NCBI GenBank assembly: GCA_002633005.1
Contig: NMRA01000218.1
Coordinates: forward strand, 205,113 to 269,112
Length of the DNA: 64,000 nucleotides
Source: Phoronis australis
Lineage: Eukaryota; Animalia; Phoronida
Reading direction: 5' to 3'
The notes below the pieces were generated by a model, which saw only the letters and a program-made list of their open reading frames with translations, searched no databases and was not told where the DNA came from. A program made the translations under genes and the position numbers. Positions 61,631 to 64,000 of the stretch are shown piece by piece (the stretch's first letter is position 1; every line of letters starts with the position of its first letter).

Positions 61631-62540
61631 GTAAACACTCATGTCGCGAGGGCATTGAAATTAAGCAACTTTTCGTGATGATAATTTGTCTTCAAATATT
61701 GTGACATTTCGTGTCAAGTGCAAGTCTCCTACCACGATCGACCGCTCCATATATTCCTACTGTACAATACAACACTAGAAGGGGGCTATGCCTACCTTCA
61801 CTAGGCAATGGACCAGCTTATTTGAACATTGTTTATGAGAACCGGGGTTGCCTTTGTATTCTAGCAATCAAAAATCTACTTTTGCTAATGCAAACAAGTT
61901 AAGAAAATGGCACAATTGGCCCTATTGCCAAGAAACTGTGAATGGGATTTCTGACTCTGCGCAGCTGACTTGCGCGTGCTCCACGGAGTGAACACTTCAC
62001 ATTCGTCTACTATGTTCAAGTCCAGCACCGTTTTTATTGCTGAAGCAGACACAGTTCTGTAACTTGTGTTCCGTCCTGGTGCATCGGATTACTGGAAAAT
62101 CCACAAGGTCTGTCCTAGAGCTGCACAACTCAGTGGTTGCTTTTGGCAACAAAACTCATCGGAACGTTTTGTTCTCTGAACTTTGAAAGGTAGTCTGTGC
62201 CACTTTTTCCTACTTCCACGAATTTCGTCACAAACATGGAAATGCTGGATTAAGAAAAAATCAATTTCTTCCCAATCTCAATCAGTGTCTTGGTACTCCT
62301 ATTTTAGAATTTTATTGTTAAAACTTTGTTTGAGACACCCTGTTAATTTGGTCTACAAGTTCGGAGGCTGAGTGAAGTAAAATGTTTTATTTCAATGACT
62401 CCTCAGTTCAAAATAATGGCTAAGATGTAACTTTTGCCATCGTCTATTGCTACATGAAGGTCTTCTTTTGATTAAATTAGGAATGCAGTGTCTGGTTAGA
62501 GTATTGTGAAATTGTCACTTTAACATTTTTTGATGTTAAG

Positions 62541-62706
62541 AACCTATCCGAAGCTGTCGACATGATTGGTGAAGGGTCGAGCAAGTATGCGTCGGGGTAT
62601 TGTTTGATGTCCACGTACATTCCAACATTGTTGCATGATGGTCTTGGCTTTAACGAAACACGAAACCATCTGACAGCAACAAACGACATCGAAGGGAAGA
62701 ACACAG
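62541..62706 (+). CDS. ENTPD: NTPDase paralog 2 exon 7
   Basis: Weaker ttaAG acceptor / G|GTTGGT; 166 bp, open frame. Confidence 0.88.
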
Positions 62707-63428
62707 GTTGGTAGAAAAGTGATTTTTGTCGCGACAATATATCCTTATGGTACTACTTCATTCATTGGCATTTCCGAGGCAGCCTACATTATTTTCATTA
62801 ATTTCAAAGATGCACGTATTCCTGACGGTTATACGCCGGTGCACCAACTATTCGTCAGTCTGATTCTTAGCCATGAGAGCGTAGTTACGTCATTTGGTCC
62901 CGCTGTTACCTCTTAATGTCTCAGTTTGAGCTTTTGAAGGATTGACCTACACGTAATCAGTATTTCTATGTAGATGAATATTTTGGAATAAAGAACAAAA
63001 GTAACCCTTTATTGCTTCATTCGGCACTGTACTTGCAAAGCCAACACTTGGGTCCGTTCCGCTGAGGCAAGAAATTCGCGAATTAAAGTAATGAGGTCAC
63101 CTGCATAGCCATAAAGTTTTTCGTGGTTTTCGACTAAAGTGTACTTACCTAACGTAGTCTTGGCAAATACGTGCTGAGAAGATGACTTGTTGTGCTTTAC
63201 TTTTTTACCCGACCACGGGTGTAACACGAACTAAAACATTACATTGTGTAATAACAACTCTAAATGTAGGAGACTGAGGGATGTTTACATGTACCTGCGA
63301 GATGATGTCTCTATGAATGAGTCCTAGCTACTTTTAAATCGCTAGGATAATGTTGAGAGCAAATTCCTTTGGGACTTGTGCATGTTTTGAAATGAACGAA
63401 TGGTCAAAACACACTTCAATCGTTTCAG

Positions 63429-63604
63429 ATTGGCCATTGGGAGCAGTTTTGTATGTCATTGGACGTCGGTGCGACTGGGCGGTCCTTAATCCAGAACCAA
63501 GTGAAAAGCCTCCGATCAGTGGAGGGTGTTCAGCTTACAAGCCTAACCCATTTCACCTAGTTTTTATCCTATGGGCGTCGCTGTTACTGTTGTGCTTGAA
63601 GTGA
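63429..63604 (+). CDS. ENTPD: NTPDase paralog 2 exon 8 (ACR5 + GPI-like tail; stop)
   Basis: tttcAG; DWPLGAVLY...ISGGCSAYKPNPFHLVFILWASLLLLCLK*; total 462 aa. Confidence 0.92.
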
Positions 63605-64000
63605 TATTTTAAAATACTCGACTTGATAAAGTACGTGCTGTCTTCACTGAGACTGCTCAATCAATGTTACATGTATCTCAAATCAATCAAGGCGCTAAAC
63701 ATATATGAATTCGATCATTTTAGCGCAAAACGAGATTATTGTAAATTTCTTCAATTCAATAATATTATACATGTAGAACCTTGTATTGCTGTGACACGTT
63801 TTCAAAGTAAGGGTGTCCGAAAACGAAGAAAATGGTATCTTTGTTTTAGAACGGTAGAGTTAACTTACGTGACGTTGCATTGTCAAGAATTTGCATTTAA
63901 CCTGATTTGAATAAGATCAGTCTTTATTCATTCTGGCCAACTTTGATACTAGGATCCGAATAAGTCAATACAGATCAAGGACTACATCTAATTAACTGTT

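Larger units (their letters stand above)
47800..64000 (+). repeat. Second unit of an old tandem segmental duplication (homologous to ~18300-42110)
   Basis: Collinear diverged blocks: 18320~47820, 19340-20960~48680-50380, 27160-28200~54780-55780, all NTPDase exons and most introns, 41990-42110~63885-64000. Confidence 0.9.

Noticed and set aside
47800-64000. Second NTPDase as an uncollapsed allele
   Set aside because: Divergence (about 10% of residues, heavily diverged introns, an inversion, private insertions) far exceeds that of the apparent allelic duplicates at 13898-18938 and 30658-31414.

Overview
Spliceosomal-intron-rich animal genomic DNA: AT-rich, probably a marine invertebrate, from a draft assembly with N gaps. 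I reconstructed three + strand genes by hand from GT-AG splice sites with consistent phases. (1) The last 8 coding exons of a TACC (transforming acidic coiled-coil) gene, 4645-10722. (2,3) A tandem pair of complete 8-exon GDA1/CD39-family NTPDase (ecto-apyrase) genes at 27857-41742 (464 aa) and 55447-63604 (462 aa), about 90% identical in protein, produced by an old segmental duplication (~18.3-42.1 kb vs ~47.8-64 kb). Both NTPDases have a cleavable signal peptide plus a C-terminal GPI-anchor-like signal, which is not the canonical NTPDase topology. They also differ in their phosphate-binding loops and in a nucleoside-binding segment, and show a probable gene-conversion tract over the catalytic exon. 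Introns and intergenic DNA hold many DNA-transposon relics: Kolobok-like TTAA elements with THAP fragments, MITEs, a YqaJ-exonuclease fossil and a LINE fragment. TA-CATG-TA insertions resembling Tc1/mariner excision footprints recur throughout. Two near-identical duplications flanking gaps look like uncollapsed haplotypes. All calls are by eye; no searches were run.
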